A DNA stretch of 64,000 bases from Candidatus Hydrogenedentota bacterium (GTDB taxonomy: Bacteria; Hydrogenedentota; Hydrogenedentia; Hydrogenedentales; SLHB01), in contig BTVY01000017.1 in NCBI GenBank assembly GCA_045863335.1, forward strand, positions 32,001 to 96,000, written 5' to 3'. Under the pieces are notes generated by a model. That model was not told the origin of the DNA and made no database searches. It worked only from the letters and a program-made list of their open reading frames with translations. This document shows positions 30,732-40,684 of the stretch, one piece after another. The position numbers were made by a program, and so were the translations under genes. The stretch's first letter is position 1, and every line of letters starts with the position of its first letter.

Positions 30732-31478
30732 CTAACTTTTCGAATCCTCCGATTGACGCATCTCCTGGCGCCGTAATTCCTCGACGATAAACTGGTACAA
30801 CTTGTCGTTTACCAAACCGTCACGGGTCGTATCGTTGTGCTCATACGTCAATTGAAGGACCGCGCGAAGCTGCTCAATGGTAACCTTCCGATCGACGAGT
30901 CGGGTGTCGTGAACGAGTATCTCCCGAAGCGAGTTGCGCAATTCATCCTTGTGCGGCAATGAACTTCTGGCGTGGGCGGAATCCAGCATCTGAATGCGTT
31001 CCTTAACCGGGACCTCCCACCACTCTTGACCGGGATTCATGAGAAAGTATCCCATGACGCCGAATGCGAAAACGAGGTAGATTGCAACGAGTGTAAAACG
31101 CACACTCGCGTTCTTGGACCGAACGCGGACCTCGTCGCCCGGCGCGGCGACTTCCGGTTTTGCTTCCGTTCCCGCCCGGGCCGCACCGTGCAAAAACGTC
31201 AGAACGGATTCACCAATACGCAACTCGTCACCGTGCGACAACACCGCCTGGACCGTCTGGCGTTCATTAACATAGAACGGCGCCTTGCCCTTGCGAATGG
31301 CGACAAACTGTTCACCAGACCGTTGAAGCATGACCTGTATCGGCGAGACGTCTGCGCCTTCAAGGTGCACGTCGCATTTGGGACTGCTCCCCAGGAGGAT
31401 CGTGTCCTTGTTTAATGCGTAGTCAGTCTGGCGAAGGCGCCCCTTCTTGGCCTTCAAAACTGGTTGATGCGAAGCCAT
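30732..31478 (-). CDS. FHA-like domain membrane protein
   Basis: ILLGSSPKCDVHL...VSPIQV...FYVN...LSHGDELRIG, then a TM helix. Confidence 0.8.
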   Translation of the reverse strand: MASHQPVLKAKKGRLRQTDYALNKDTILLGSSPKCDVHLEGADVSPIQVMLQRSGEQFVAIRKGKAPFYVNERQTVQAVLSHGDELRIGESVLTFLHGAARAGTEAKPEVAAPGDEVRVRSKNASVRFTLVAIYLVFAFGVMGYFLMNPGQEWWEVPVKERIQMLDSAHARSSLPHKDELRNSLREILVHDTRLVDRKVTIEQLRAVLQLTYEHNDTTRDGLVNDKLYQFIVEELRRQEMRQSEDSKS

Positions 31479-31503
31479 AATCGTATGCTCTGTCTCCTGA
31501 TGG

Positions 31504-32415
31504 CTATTGGAACGACGATGAATTGAACTGAATAACGGCAGGGCCCAGTACGAGAATGAAGGTTGCCACCATGATTAGCACAACGGGAAACGTCATTTTG
31601 GATGCGGCTTCTTTCGCAAGCTTTTCCGCCCGCTGGGTTCGCTTCAGACGTAGCAAATCCGATTGCTCTTGAAGAACACGGGCCAGCGGCGTACCCATTC
31701 TGATCCCTTGACCGATTGCTTGTACGATGACCACGATGTCATCTGATGGAATCCGACGAGCGAGATTGCCAAGTGCATCGACCAACACGGCGCCATGCGC
31801 TACCTCCTGGTTGACCAGCGCGAATTCTTCGCGCAATGCTCCGTAGCTGGACTCCCGCGCCACCACCTCAAGCCCTTCCTGCACGCTCCCGCCGCCTTCA
31901 ATAATCAATAGGAGCATATCGAGCGCGTAGGGAAGATCTTTATTGATGCTTCGTACACGTTCGCTCGCGTCAGACGAAAGGTAAAACCATGGTAGGCCGA
32001 ATCCGGCCGCCACGCCGAACACTCCCACAGCCAGTGCGATTTTAATTGAGGTACCCATCAAGTAGCCGACCGCCGCGCCCGCCAGAACACCGAATAATCC
32101 CAGCGCTACCGACGCAATCATGCAGATCGCGAGAAAGTCGGCATAGGTTAATCGGAGTGGGTTCCCGAGTGTCTCGAGCAACTGGTAGACCCGTTTGCTC
32201 GTACTGCTTCCCTCGAAGCGGCTGAAGAGGGGGGCCAATACGCGAATCACCGGAAAGAACGGTTTCCAGCTTGTCGACTCCCAGCGGCTGCTTGCCATCT
32301 CGTCGATGTTCGTAGCGAGTTGTAGGATGTGACGCATGCGATACAGCAGAGCGACAAGAATGCACGTTACGCTCGCGCCGGTCCAAATGGATAAAATGAG
32401 TTCTTCGGTATTCAT
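31504..32415 (-). CDS. tadC: TadC-like T2SSF platform protein
   Basis: DLPYALDMLLL, MGTPLARVLQEQS, RAEKLAKEAASKMTFP. Confidence 0.9.
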   Translation of the reverse strand: MNTEELILSIWTGASVTCILVALLYRMRHILQLATNIDEMASSRWESTSWKPFFPVIRVLAPLFSRFEGSSTSKRVYQLLETLGNPLRLTYADFLAICMIASVALGLFGVLAGAAVGYLMGTSIKIALAVGVFGVAAGFGLPWFYLSSDASERVRSINKDLPYALDMLLLIIEGGGSVQEGLEVVARESSYGALREEFALVNQEVAHGAVLVDALGNLARRIPSDDIVVIVQAIGQGIRMGTPLARVLQEQSDLLRLKRTQRAEKLAKEAASKMTFPVVLIMVATFILVLGPAVIQFNSSSFQ

Positions 32416-33263
32416 ACGTCCTCGTTTATAATCTTTTGAATCCAGTAGAACGAGACAAACATGAGGGCCGCGGCAAAAAGGACCATGACAATGCCGATTG
32501 GGGTACGAAAAAGCTGACTCACTAACTCAGGTTGTACAATGGAGAACATGAGCAGAATGACCGGGGGCACAAACATCATGGCTTGCGCCTCAAATCGCGG
32601 ACCTGCAGTTTCGGTACGGATCTTCTCCTCCAGGCGGTAAAGCTCCCGCAACGACGCCTCGATGCGTTCAAGAATGTGCACAACATCTCCACCACGCTCG
32701 CGGTTGATGATCAACGCATTGCACACGAGGTTGAAGTGGCGGCTGTTCACCCGCTTCTGCACCGTCCGCAAGACCTCATCCAGGGGAAGCCCCGTCTTGT
32801 ATTGCCGCACAATAAGGGCGAATTCCTGGGCAATCGGATTAGGAAGATTCTCGGCCACCTCTTCTATAGCCTGGGGCAACGACAATCCCGCTCGGACAGA
32901 AGACGCGACGGATGTCAACGCATCCGGTAATTGCAGGTCAAATTTCTCGTGCCGCACACGTACGCGACGGCGAATCAGCACGCTGGGAACCAGGTACCCC
33001 GCGACTGCCCCAATCAATGTCAGAACCACTGCTCCGAAAACGACATGAATGACCGCACCCACTACGAACATGGATGCTATCTCCAGAAAGAAGTAGTAGG
33101 CGGGATTCTCCTCGAACTCCTGCAGTTCGTCGAGGCTCGCCGAATAGTATCGGCGCCGACGGTCACCGATACGGTTCAGAAGCTCGATTGCACTCGGCAT
33201 CAGTAGAAAGAACAGTCCCACAGCCGTGCCCACCGCGACCGACAAAATCAAAGGTTCGTTCAC
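32412..33263 (-). CDS. tadB: TadB-like T2SSF platform protein
   Basis: QLPDALTSVASSVRAGLSLPQA, PIAQEF, GGDVVHILE. Confidence 0.92.
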   Translation of the reverse strand: MNEPLILSVAVGTAVGLFFLLMPSAIELLNRIGDRRRRYYSASLDELQEFEENPAYYFFLEIASMFVVGAVIHVVFGAVVLTLIGAVAGYLVPSVLIRRRVRVRHEKFDLQLPDALTSVASSVRAGLSLPQAIEEVAENLPNPIAQEFALIVRQYKTGLPLDEVLRTVQKRVNSRHFNLVCNALIINRERGGDVVHILERIEASLRELYRLEEKIRTETAGPRFEAQAMMFVPPVILLMFSIVQPELVSQLFRTPIGIVMVLFAAALMFVSFYWIQKIINEDV

Positions 33264-35137
33264 TACTTGCTCTCCTGTCCTGCGCTGAACAGCACGTCCA
33301 ACGACACTCCCCCCTTTCGCATGAGTTCGTTGAAGAACGAAGGCACGTAGCCGGTATGGCATAGCAGCCCTTCCGATCGCCCCTCGGTGTAACTGTAACT
33401 GAAGATGTCTTCGACCACGATTTCTCCGCTCTCGGGATCGATCCCAACGATTTCAGCAATTTTCGTGACCTTCCGGGTTCCGTCTCCGAAGCGGGTATAT
33501 TGAATAACCAAGTCGATCGCCGACGCAATCTGTTCGCGTATTGCGCGGATTGGCATGTCCGCCGCCAGCAGAACCATTGTTTCCAGCCGACGCATCATAT
33601 CGGCGGGAGTATTGGCGTGACCGGTCGTCATTGAACCATCGTGCCCGGTATTCATTGCTTGCAGCATATCCAGCGCCTCGGCGCCCCGGCATTCGCCGAC
33701 GATAACCCGGTCCGGCCGCATTCGCAACGCGTTCTTTACCAAATCGCGGATTGTGTACGCGCCCTTCCCTTCCACATTAGCGGGACGCGACTCCAGGGAT
33801 ACCACGTGCTCCTGACGAAGCTGCAATTCCGCGGAATCTTCAATGGTCACGATGCGTTCGCGCGCCGATATGTACTCCGAAAGGCAATTCAGGAGAGTTG
33901 TCTTACCGGCGCCGGTGCCTCCCGAGATAATGATATTTTTTCGAGCCGCCACACATGCCTTCAGAAACTCCGCGACCTGCTGGTTGAATGCCCTCTTCTC
34001 ATGGATAAGGGAATCGACGCTTAACGGGATCTTGGAAAACCGGCGAATGGTGATACAGGGACCCCGTAGCGCCAGAGGAGGAATAATCACATTGACACGA
34101 CTACCATCAGGAAGCCGGGCATCGACCAGCGGCTTGCTTCGATCCACGCGCAACCCCAACGGGGCAACAATGCGTTCCACCACCGCCATGGCCACACTGT
34201 CGGAGATAAACTGGCGGCCGGTCTTTTGCAGAACACCGTTCTTTTCCACGTAAATCAGCCGTGGATGAACGACCATGATCTCGGAGATGTTCGGCAGATG
34301 GAGCAATGGTTCGAGGGGACCAAAACCAAACACCGTGTCCATCAGATTCCGTTTGAGCAGAGCCCGCAACAGTTGGCTCTTCAGCCCCTTCATGAGTTCG
34401 TATCGAAAATCTGCATAGTGCGTGTCGACCCACACTTCCAGATCTTCCGTGTGAAGTGACGACCTGCCTCCGTTCATCAAGTCCATCTTGGCATTCGCGT
34501 AAACCTGCGCGACGAGTCGACGCAACTGAGGAACGCCGAGCCGTTCGAAGAAATCGAATGTTGCGTCCGCTGCCGCATCTTGCATATGGACCGCGGCAAC
34601 AGCTTCCTTCAAGTTCGTACGGCAGACATACTCCACAATGTCCGGCGAAATCGAATCGCACTTCTCGTCGATAATCTCCTTCACCTGTACCTCGACCATC
34701 TTGCGATACTCGCCCTTGGGAAGCGTCTTCGGATCGATTTTCCGGAGATCAAGCCGCTGAAGAAGTTCGTCGTGAATCCCTTTCTCGAGATCGCGAAGTC
34801 CGTCGGCGCTCGCATCATCGACCTTGTCATGGAGGGCGCGGGCGTCCTCGACCATAACCTTTAAGACATACTGCCCAATTCCGATCTCATCGTTCCGTTG
34901 GATGGTATACGTCTTGTGATTTGGAATGACCTGGTCGTTGACCTTTGTTGGCGCGCTGCCCACCGGACGGATGGCCACGAGATCCCGTTCGAATTTCAGG
35001 ATCGCCTGCCGCTGAGACACGAAAAAGTTATCAAGCACGATATCGTTGTCGACATCCCTGCCAATGATGTAATTGCGCTCCTCCAGGTCGATTTCCTGGC
35101 GGGTATTGAGGATCATGTTGGTGATCAGCAGCTTCAT
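33263..35137 (-). CDS. cpaF: FHA-fused CpaF/TadA ATPase
   Basis: N-terminal IIGRDVDNDIVL...VSQRQA FHA domain; GFGPLEPLL, GGTGAGKT, LRMRPDRVIVGECRG, MNTGHDGS. Confidence 0.93.
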   Translation of the reverse strand: MKLLITNMILNTRQEIDLEERNYIIGRDVDNDIVLDNFFVSQRQAILKFERDLVAIRPVGSAPTKVNDQVIPNHKTYTIQRNDEIGIGQYVLKVMVEDARALHDKVDDASADGLRDLEKGIHDELLQRLDLRKIDPKTLPKGEYRKMVEVQVKEIIDEKCDSISPDIVEYVCRTNLKEAVAAVHMQDAAADATFDFFERLGVPQLRRLVAQVYANAKMDLMNGGRSSLHTEDLEVWVDTHYADFRYELMKGLKSQLLRALLKRNLMDTVFGFGPLEPLLHLPNISEIMVVHPRLIYVEKNGVLQKTGRQFISDSVAMAVVERIVAPLGLRVDRSKPLVDARLPDGSRVNVIIPPLALRGPCITIRRFSKIPLSVDSLIHEKRAFNQQVAEFLKACVAARKNIIISGGTGAGKTTLLNCLSEYISARERIVTIEDSAELQLRQEHVVSLESRPANVEGKGAYTIRDLVKNALRMRPDRVIVGECRGAEALDMLQAMNTGHDGSMTTGHANTPADMMRRLETMVLLAADMPIRAIREQIASAIDLVIQYTRFGDGTRKVTKIAEIVGIDPESGEIVVEDIFSYSYTEGRSEGLLCHTGYVPSFFNELMRKGGVSLDVLFSAGQESK

Positions 35138-35170
35138 ATCACTCCGTCGTCGAAATAGACAGGCTGCGAT

Positions 35171-36073
35171 TCATGATGCGTCCTCAGCCCCATCGGAAAG
35201 CCGCTCCTGCTCAAAGGTCCGAAACGTTCCGAAATCCATATCGCCAATCTCCGCGTGCTCCATGTCCGCGTCGTCTCGAAGCGTCAGGGTCAGCTTTCCA
35301 CCAAGTTCACGGGCAAAGACAAGCAGTTCCGCCTCTTCAGGAGTCGCCCGCAAGGTGACCACGCTGTACGCGTTTCGCTCGGGAGCAACGAGACGGTATT
35401 CACGTTCTCCGAAGTTCTGTCCGACGCCCAAAACGTACATGCGCTGTAGCAGCGTTCGGGTAAAAAGCCCGCCTTGAATCGGGGCCGAAGGAAAGGCACG
35501 CGGCATCGTTGAGGCCGACTGCGCTCCCCCTAGCAAATCTCGGGTCGAGGCTGCGCCCGGTGCGCCTTCCTCCTCGGTTTGAGGATTTTGCCTCGGCATT
35601 CTTGATAAGGCGGCTGGCTGCTGCAATTGATCTGCGTCCGTTTCAAAAGTGGCGACGACATCGACGTAGTCCCCGGGTTCGATGATGTTCGCAACTGACG
35701 ATTCCATGCTGACCGAGATCGATATGGCGCGTTCGCCAGGGTTCAGACGCTCGAGAACTTCCCGCTTCGGAGCCCGTTGGTCAAAGAACTCGTAAAGAAC
35801 CGGCTCGCCCGCGGGGATATCGACGGTCGGGGTTTGACCAATGACCACGACGCTGTCCTCTCGTTTCACGGCGAATCGTGAAATGGCGTCGAACGCAATC
35901 GGGATGGCGACGCGCTGCAGTTGTTCGGCCGCAATGGGTTTTCCTGCTGGCAACATCTCCCGAGCCACGAGTATCTCCAGACTCTTCGTCTGGCGCTCGA
36001 TATATAGATGCGTCGCGAAGGCCGCGCCGAGACCGGCCACGATAGCAACCAGCAGGAGCACTTTTGATGTCAT
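35171..36073 (-). CDS. cpaB: Flp pilus assembly protein CpaB/RcpC
   Basis: N-terminal TM, SAF domain (ILVAREMLPAG), GERAISI, PGDYVDVV, VTLRATPEEAELL. Confidence 0.9.
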   Translation of the reverse strand: MTSKVLLLVAIVAGLGAAFATHLYIERQTKSLEILVAREMLPAGKPIAAEQLQRVAIPIAFDAISRFAVKREDSVVVIGQTPTVDIPAGEPVLYEFFDQRAPKREVLERLNPGERAISISVSMESSVANIIEPGDYVDVVATFETDADQLQQPAALSRMPRQNPQTEEEGAPGAASTRDLLGGAQSASTMPRAFPSAPIQGGLFTRTLLQRMYVLGVGQNFGEREYRLVAPERNAYSVVTLRATPEEAELLVFARELGGKLTLTLRDDADMEHAEIGDMDFGTFRTFEQERLSDGAEDAS

Positions 36074-36978
36074 CGTTTCACGCTCTCCATTGTTGACGCA
36101 GATTGCGATACCTGTTGGATTTTCAACAAGCTTGTTGTCTCGGGGTCCGTCTCGCGCGGAACGTGGAAGAACCGCGCGCGCAACCCGTCTCCTTCCCACT
36201 CTTGAACAACCGGTCCGTCCTCGCCAAGTGGCCGCGCGGTTTGAATCCCCGAATAGGCGGTCCCATAGAACGACACCACGTCAGGGGTTGCGGCGAGGTG
36301 TTCGACAAGGTAGGTTGTGAACGAATCTCCCGATGAGATGTGTTCGACTGATTCCACGACTCGGGCTTCGGGATGAAGCACAACCTGATGGCCAACCGCA
36401 GTATCCAGTGCCCGCTCTTCGGAAGGCACGGCCATATTCCAAAAGGACTTCCGGCTTTGCAGTCGAAGGGTGGTCAGCACGCACCCTTGCCGTGTTTCTC
36501 GGGCAATTGCCATCAGTATTCGACGGGGTTCGGGGTATGCCAGATCGGCATAGGTGCGGACTACCGTGTGGGCGCCGACATTGTACGAATGGAAAGGGAT
36601 AGATGTCGTCGCCATCGCTTCGAAATGCTCCATGCTTGCGGCCGCAGGTGCGGCTGCGTCGGATGGCGGTAACCCGCCGTACCGTTCGTCCAGACGATCG
36701 ATGGCCTCCGCAGGTGAACAATCGAGGAATTGGGTCTGCGCATCCCAGGTCATCCCGCGAAAACGGAACTCCGTGCTTGTAATGCGTCGCTCTGTTTCCA
36801 CCGGATTTCGCCACGCACGACTGGCGTCAGCGCTTCCGCTAAGCAAATACACGTCGGCAAGGGCGCGACGCGCTGCCGGGTCGCCAAGAAAGATCCCGGC
36901 CAAAGCCGCAAGCGCCACGGCCGATGCGGTCGCGAACCGCAGGATGGGGATTCGGCTCTTCGGCGCGCGATAGCTCAT
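36070..36978 (-). CDS. Membrane-anchored hypothetical protein in the Tad operon
   Basis: 302-aa ORF coupled by ATGA overlaps to both neighbours; N-terminal TM. Confidence 0.75.
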   Translation of the reverse strand: MSYRAPKSRIPILRFATASAVALAALAGIFLGDPAARRALADVYLLSGSADASRAWRNPVETERRITSTEFRFRGMTWDAQTQFLDCSPAEAIDRLDERYGGLPPSDAAAPAAASMEHFEAMATTSIPFHSYNVGAHTVVRTYADLAYPEPRRILMAIARETRQGCVLTTLRLQSRKSFWNMAVPSEERALDTAVGHQVVLHPEARVVESVEHISSGDSFTTYLVEHLAATPDVVSFYGTAYSGIQTARPLGEDGPVVQEWEGDGLRARFFHVPRETDPETTSLLKIQQVSQSASTMESVKR

Positions 36979-37541
36979 TCCGAGGCCGGCCCCGACTCAG
37001 CTGCGGCGTTTAGCTCATCCATAAATGTACGAAATCCCTCCCACGCTTCGAGCGCGCTCTGGTGCATCTCTCCTGGCTCAACATCGTAATGATGGGGTCG
37101 CCGCTTCATCATGCGAAGCCGGGCTTGGATGCTCCGATTTTCGAAGCCAATGGATCTCCGATACGGCGCATTGAACTGAACCGTGGCTACCACGTCGACC
37201 TCCGTGGAATTGGCATCGACTGCAGACGGACTCAGAATCTGCCCCTGCCTGCGCGGATAGTACGCTATATCCTCCTGAACGTCGCGGTCCGCGCTCTCGC
37301 TGACATCGTTATCGCCATCTTGATCCTCATACCGCGGCACTCCGGCGACCGACTCGGTGAATGCGCCATGGCGCGCAGACGCGATTGCGTTATGCACCGT
37401 AGCGGTCGATTGCAAGAGCACCCACGAAAGCATCGCGACGGGAATCAAGAAAAAGGTGGAGAATAGGATTGCTTCGATTGCAGCCGCCCCCCATCGGTCA
37501 TTTTGGCTCGGAATTGCTCTCGTCGGCAAGGCCAGTCGCAT
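36975..37541 (-). CDS. TadE/TadF-like pseudopilin
   Basis: G|AAAIEAILF prepilin motif, ASARHGAF. Confidence 0.75.
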   Translation of the reverse strand: MRLALPTRAIPSQNDRWGAAAIEAILFSTFFLIPVAMLSWVLLQSTATVHNAIASARHGAFTESVAGVPRYEDQDGDNDVSESADRDVQEDIAYYPRRQGQILSPSAVDANSTEVDVVATVQFNAPYRRSIGFENRSIQARLRMMKRRPHHYDVEPGEMHQSALEAWEGFRTFMDELNAAAESGPASE

Positions 37542-37542
37542 G

Positions 37543-38754
37543 TCAGTGATAGATCCCCCGGCCCGTTGCGCCGCTCTGTTGGAGCAGCGGTGCTGTCGTT
37601 TCGTCGGACACGTCGGGCAGTTTCTTCACCCGCGTCAGCTTGATGTCCCAATACTGTGTGGAGAGATCCCAACTGACGGGATTAAAGACTTGGGCTTGGG
37701 CTACCGTAACCGTTCCCAAATCCTGGGGTTGATCGAATCCCGACAAACGCCGGCTGAAAGGTGACAGATTTCGACTGCCGCTGCCGGCAACGAGCACAGC
37801 CGGTCTTGATTTGCCGTATGCTACTACGACGATCCCCAGTTCCTCGTAGGCGGATTCGAAGTCATACAAGGTCCAGGCCGGATCGAGATCGTCAAGGTTC
37901 TCGTAGAGGTGCACATACGCCTCCCCTTCCAAAGGACCCCTCCCCGAAATCGCTTCGATCTTCTCGATGTTCACCCGGTCCAGCCACGCAGTAAACGGCC
38001 CTTCCCCTAAGGCGTAATCGTCTTCCCGCAAACTGTACAAATAGTGATACCCGCGCCGGTTCGAATCGCCCGAGCCGGACTGTGAGCCGTACACCGTCGG
38101 CGATTCCCAATCCTGAGCGCCGCCCTCTCCTTCAAAGGCGGGGATATGTAGGGGGTAGGAAGAATCGGATTCGTGTGTGGGTCCCGCGATAATGGCCCCA
38201 CGGGCTCCGTTCTGCCGCGCGACGTTGTCTGCCGCCTGAACGGCCGCCTTGGGTGCGCTCGCTGTAATGCTCCGGTTATCACTCATCATAGCGCTAATGG
38301 CGGAACTGCAATTTCCCGGAACTGTGTTGTTGAAGTAGCTGCTGTTATTGATGATGAGTTCTTCCAGGTTTCGCGCCTTACGGTACTGTTCCTTCAAGGG
38401 AAACAAGTCCGGCGAATCCTCCATGGCTTCAAGAAGCTCGTTGTAGGTGGCATCATGGCTCTCGAACAAGGCCTCAGCCATGGGAACCATCGCCTCGGAC
38501 AAGGATTTCAGTGCCACGAACTCCGTAATCGCCACATTATTGTCCGAAATGGTGTTCATGCCGTCGGCGATCTCCTGAGCCGCTGCCAGACAAGCTGCGT
38601 CGGCTGCGGCCTGCATCCGCATCTTCTCGTGAAGGTTGGCGCTCATATTGAGGAAAAGCGCTAGAATGAAGACGAAACCGAAGGCCCCGAACATACCGAT
38701 GAATATCAGTTGTCCTTGCTGATCCTCATGGAATCTTTGCGCCACACGGCTCAT
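37543..38754 (-). CDS. TadG-like large pseudopilin
   Basis: RFHEDQQG|QLIF...MQAAADAACLAAA. Confidence 0.85.
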   Translation of the reverse strand: MSRVAQRFHEDQQGQLIFIGMFGAFGFVFILALFLNMSANLHEKMRMQAAADAACLAAAQEIADGMNTISDNNVAITEFVALKSLSEAMVPMAEALFESHDATYNELLEAMEDSPDLFPLKEQYRKARNLEELIINNSSYFNNTVPGNCSSAISAMMSDNRSITASAPKAAVQAADNVARQNGARGAIIAGPTHESDSSYPLHIPAFEGEGGAQDWESPTVYGSQSGSGDSNRRGYHYLYSLREDDYALGEGPFTAWLDRVNIEKIEAISGRGPLEGEAYVHLYENLDDLDPAWTLYDFESAYEELGIVVVAYGKSRPAVLVAGSGSRNLSPFSRRLSGFDQPQDLGTVTVAQAQVFNPVSWDLSTQYWDIKLTRVKKLPDVSDETTAPLLQQSGATGRGIYH

Positions 38755-38805
38755 CGGGCCCTCCATATCCAAGATGATCTGACGACAGCCGTCCCCATGG
38801 GTCCC

Positions 38806-39546
38806 TCAGAAGTCGGACGGTTTCTCGCCGGATCCTTCGTTCATCATCACGCAACGCGATCGAAGCACGGCGTACCCGCCCAAAGCATTCTCGCCCTGGC
38901 GCAACAGGCGGTTCGCGAACGGTAAGTTCAGGTGATATTCGTAGACCACTTCGACGACCACCGGATCGAATACGCCATAGCTGGTCCCACTCAGTACACG
39001 CACGTCCGTTTGCGCAAGCGCATTGCCATACTTGGTCCACCACATGTCAGACCGCGCGTATTGCCCCACGACCCGCCTGCTCAGCACCGGCCCGGCGATT
39101 ACTTCGATGCCTTCCGCGTAAGTGGCATTGCGACCGGATGCGTCAGCCCCCCCAACTTTCGCGGTCGTCGGTGAAACCGGGGAAACAGCAAATGCTGCCG
39201 CTTCCCGAATGATCTCCTCCTTCGCGGAAGTAAGTTCGTTACGTTCGCCGCCACTCGACTCTGGGATGACCACAATCGCGGCGCGAGCGGCATAGTACGA
39301 GCTGTATTTCACAAACTGGTACGCGTTGAGGAGCAAAAAGAACTGAACCGTGCACATGACGATCGGGAGATAAACGATGGACGTCATGGCAAAATCCAGC
39401 GATCCCGAAGCGCCGTTCTCGTCGCCAAGAAACGCGGCAAAGTTGCGACGCCTGCGCTCCGCCGAACCTCGCCGCCGCCACAACACGAGCCAAACGGCGC
39501 CCACTAGCACGACCAGCAGGTATCGGATAAAGAGAACGGCACTCAC
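38806..39546 (-). CDS. TadE-like pseudopilin with an N-terminal TM extension
   Basis: GTG start; FLGDENG|ASGSLDFAM...YSSYYAARAAIVVIP; VVVEVVYEY. Confidence 0.8.
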   Translation of the reverse strand: MSAVLFIRYLLVVLVGAVWLVLWRRRGSAERRRRNFAAFLGDENGASGSLDFAMTSIVYLPIVMCTVQFFLLLNAYQFVKYSSYYAARAAIVVIPESSGGERNELTSAKEEIIREAAAFAVSPVSPTTAKVGGADASGRNATYAEGIEVIAGPVLSRRVVGQYARSDMWWTKYGNALAQTDVRVLSGTSYGVFDPVVVEVVYEYHLNLPFANRLLRQGENALGGYAVLRSRCVMMNEGSGEKPSDF

Positions 39547-39548
39547 GA

Positions 39549-40079
39549 TTAACCCACCAACGTCGTTTGCATTAATCCCGACTCCTCGAGGATGAGACAC
39601 ACCATGACTGCAAGAAAGGCGGCGAGCCCAAACGGGATCCTCGTGTTGTCCATTTCCCGTGGCGGCTGCGGGAATGCGCGCAAGAGCACCATGCTCTTCA
39701 GATTGGTCAAGACAAAGCACGATGCTTTCCATATGCCCAATCGCATTATCAGTACGAACAACACGACCACCAGGGAGAATGAAAGTGCGTAAAACAGGAA
39801 GTGCAGCAGAAACGCCGTGCCCTTGAATGCGCCCACCATCATAGCGAGCTTCACGTCGCCGCCACCGATCATCTGCCAGTACCAGAACAGAATGAGCGAG
39901 GCGAACCCAAACACCACCGCCGCGAGATTTCCCGTGAACCGGTCCCAGCCCTGCCACGCAGCCAACGCAAGCCCGAGCGCAATTCCGGTGTACGTCAAGC
40001 GATTCGCGATCTTCCCGCTGGTCGTATCCGTCCACCCGGCCCAGGCGCAAAGCCCGGACAGCACGAGATTCGGCACCAC
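39549..40079 (-). CDS. cpaA: A24 prepilin peptidase (CpaA/TadV)
   Basis: Catalytic aspartates in WTDTTSGKIAN and GGGDVKL; C-terminal IPFG. Confidence 0.9.
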   Translation of the reverse strand: MVPNLVLSGLCAWAGWTDTTSGKIANRLTYTGIALGLALAAWQGWDRFTGNLAAVVFGFASLILFWYWQMIGGGDVKLAMMVGAFKGTAFLLHFLFYALSFSLVVVLFVLIMRLGIWKASCFVLTNLKSMVLLRAFPQPPREMDNTRIPFGLAAFLAVMVCLILEESGLMQTTLVG

Positions 40080-40246
40080 TTTCCCACTCCCTATTCGACT
40101 TCCATCGGATCGCAGCAGCACTCAAGGCGTGGATATGCCGCCGGTAAATGCCGGCAACACGAGGTTTCATAGACGCGAAGTCGCGCCGCTTACGTGCCTA
40201 AGGCTCAGCACCCCGGAGATTCCAATCACCGGTTCAGACCCAGTGA

Positions 40247-40438
40247 TCAGGGGTCGATCGTCGTACCTTCGATCTCGCTTTCGGCATCCTGAAACCAACC
40301 GATAATACTCTGTCCGAAGTAAATGATTCCGATGATAAGCGGGATTGCGACGAGGGCGACTATCATGATGGTGGACATTTCCGGCGCACCGGTTTCGTCA
40401 TCGTGGAAGCGCTTCACAAGTGCAGCAAGTGTTGGCAT
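40247..40438 (-). CDS. Flp-type pilin 1
   Basis: KRFHDDETG|APEMSTIMIVALVAIPLIIG; AGGAG RBS; lies upstream of the peptidase. Confidence 0.85.
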   Translation of the reverse strand: MPTLAALVKRFHDDETGAPEMSTIMIVALVAIPLIIGIIYFGQSIIGWFQDAESEIEGTTIDP

Positions 40439-40604
40439 TCTACCTCTCCTTCTCTTAATTCCCTACTCACCCCGAAAGTCCGCGTGTAGACACGGTTTAC
40501 CCACAGATCCGCAATGATAAGAAGGTACCCCTCATAGACCCCACGGGGCACAATCACCGAACACCCAAGAGCGATGCGCGACTCCAGATACGGCAGCCGT
40601 CGCT

Positions 40605-40633
40605 AGACTAGCAGAATTCACAGTGTCCGTCAA
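40605..40633 (-). promoter_or_regulatory. Sigma70-type promoter for pilin 1 / Tad operon
   Basis: Minus strand TTGACG-17 nt-TAGTCT between the two pilin genes. Confidence 0.55.
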
Positions 40634-40684
40634 CGGGGTTTCAAGCGTCAGGTTGAAGCGAAATGGCACCCTTGGCTCCTAACA

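Noticed and set aside
25740-31478. Type VI secretion system (FHA + Ser/Thr kinase + OmpA)
   Set aside because: No recognisable TssB/C, Hcp, VgrG, ClpV or TssL/M; the surrounding genes are Tad.
39547-40170. 454-aa extended TadE (38806-40170)
   Set aside because: The extension overlaps the prepilin peptidase in another frame; the GTG at 39546 right after the peptidase stop is the plausible start.
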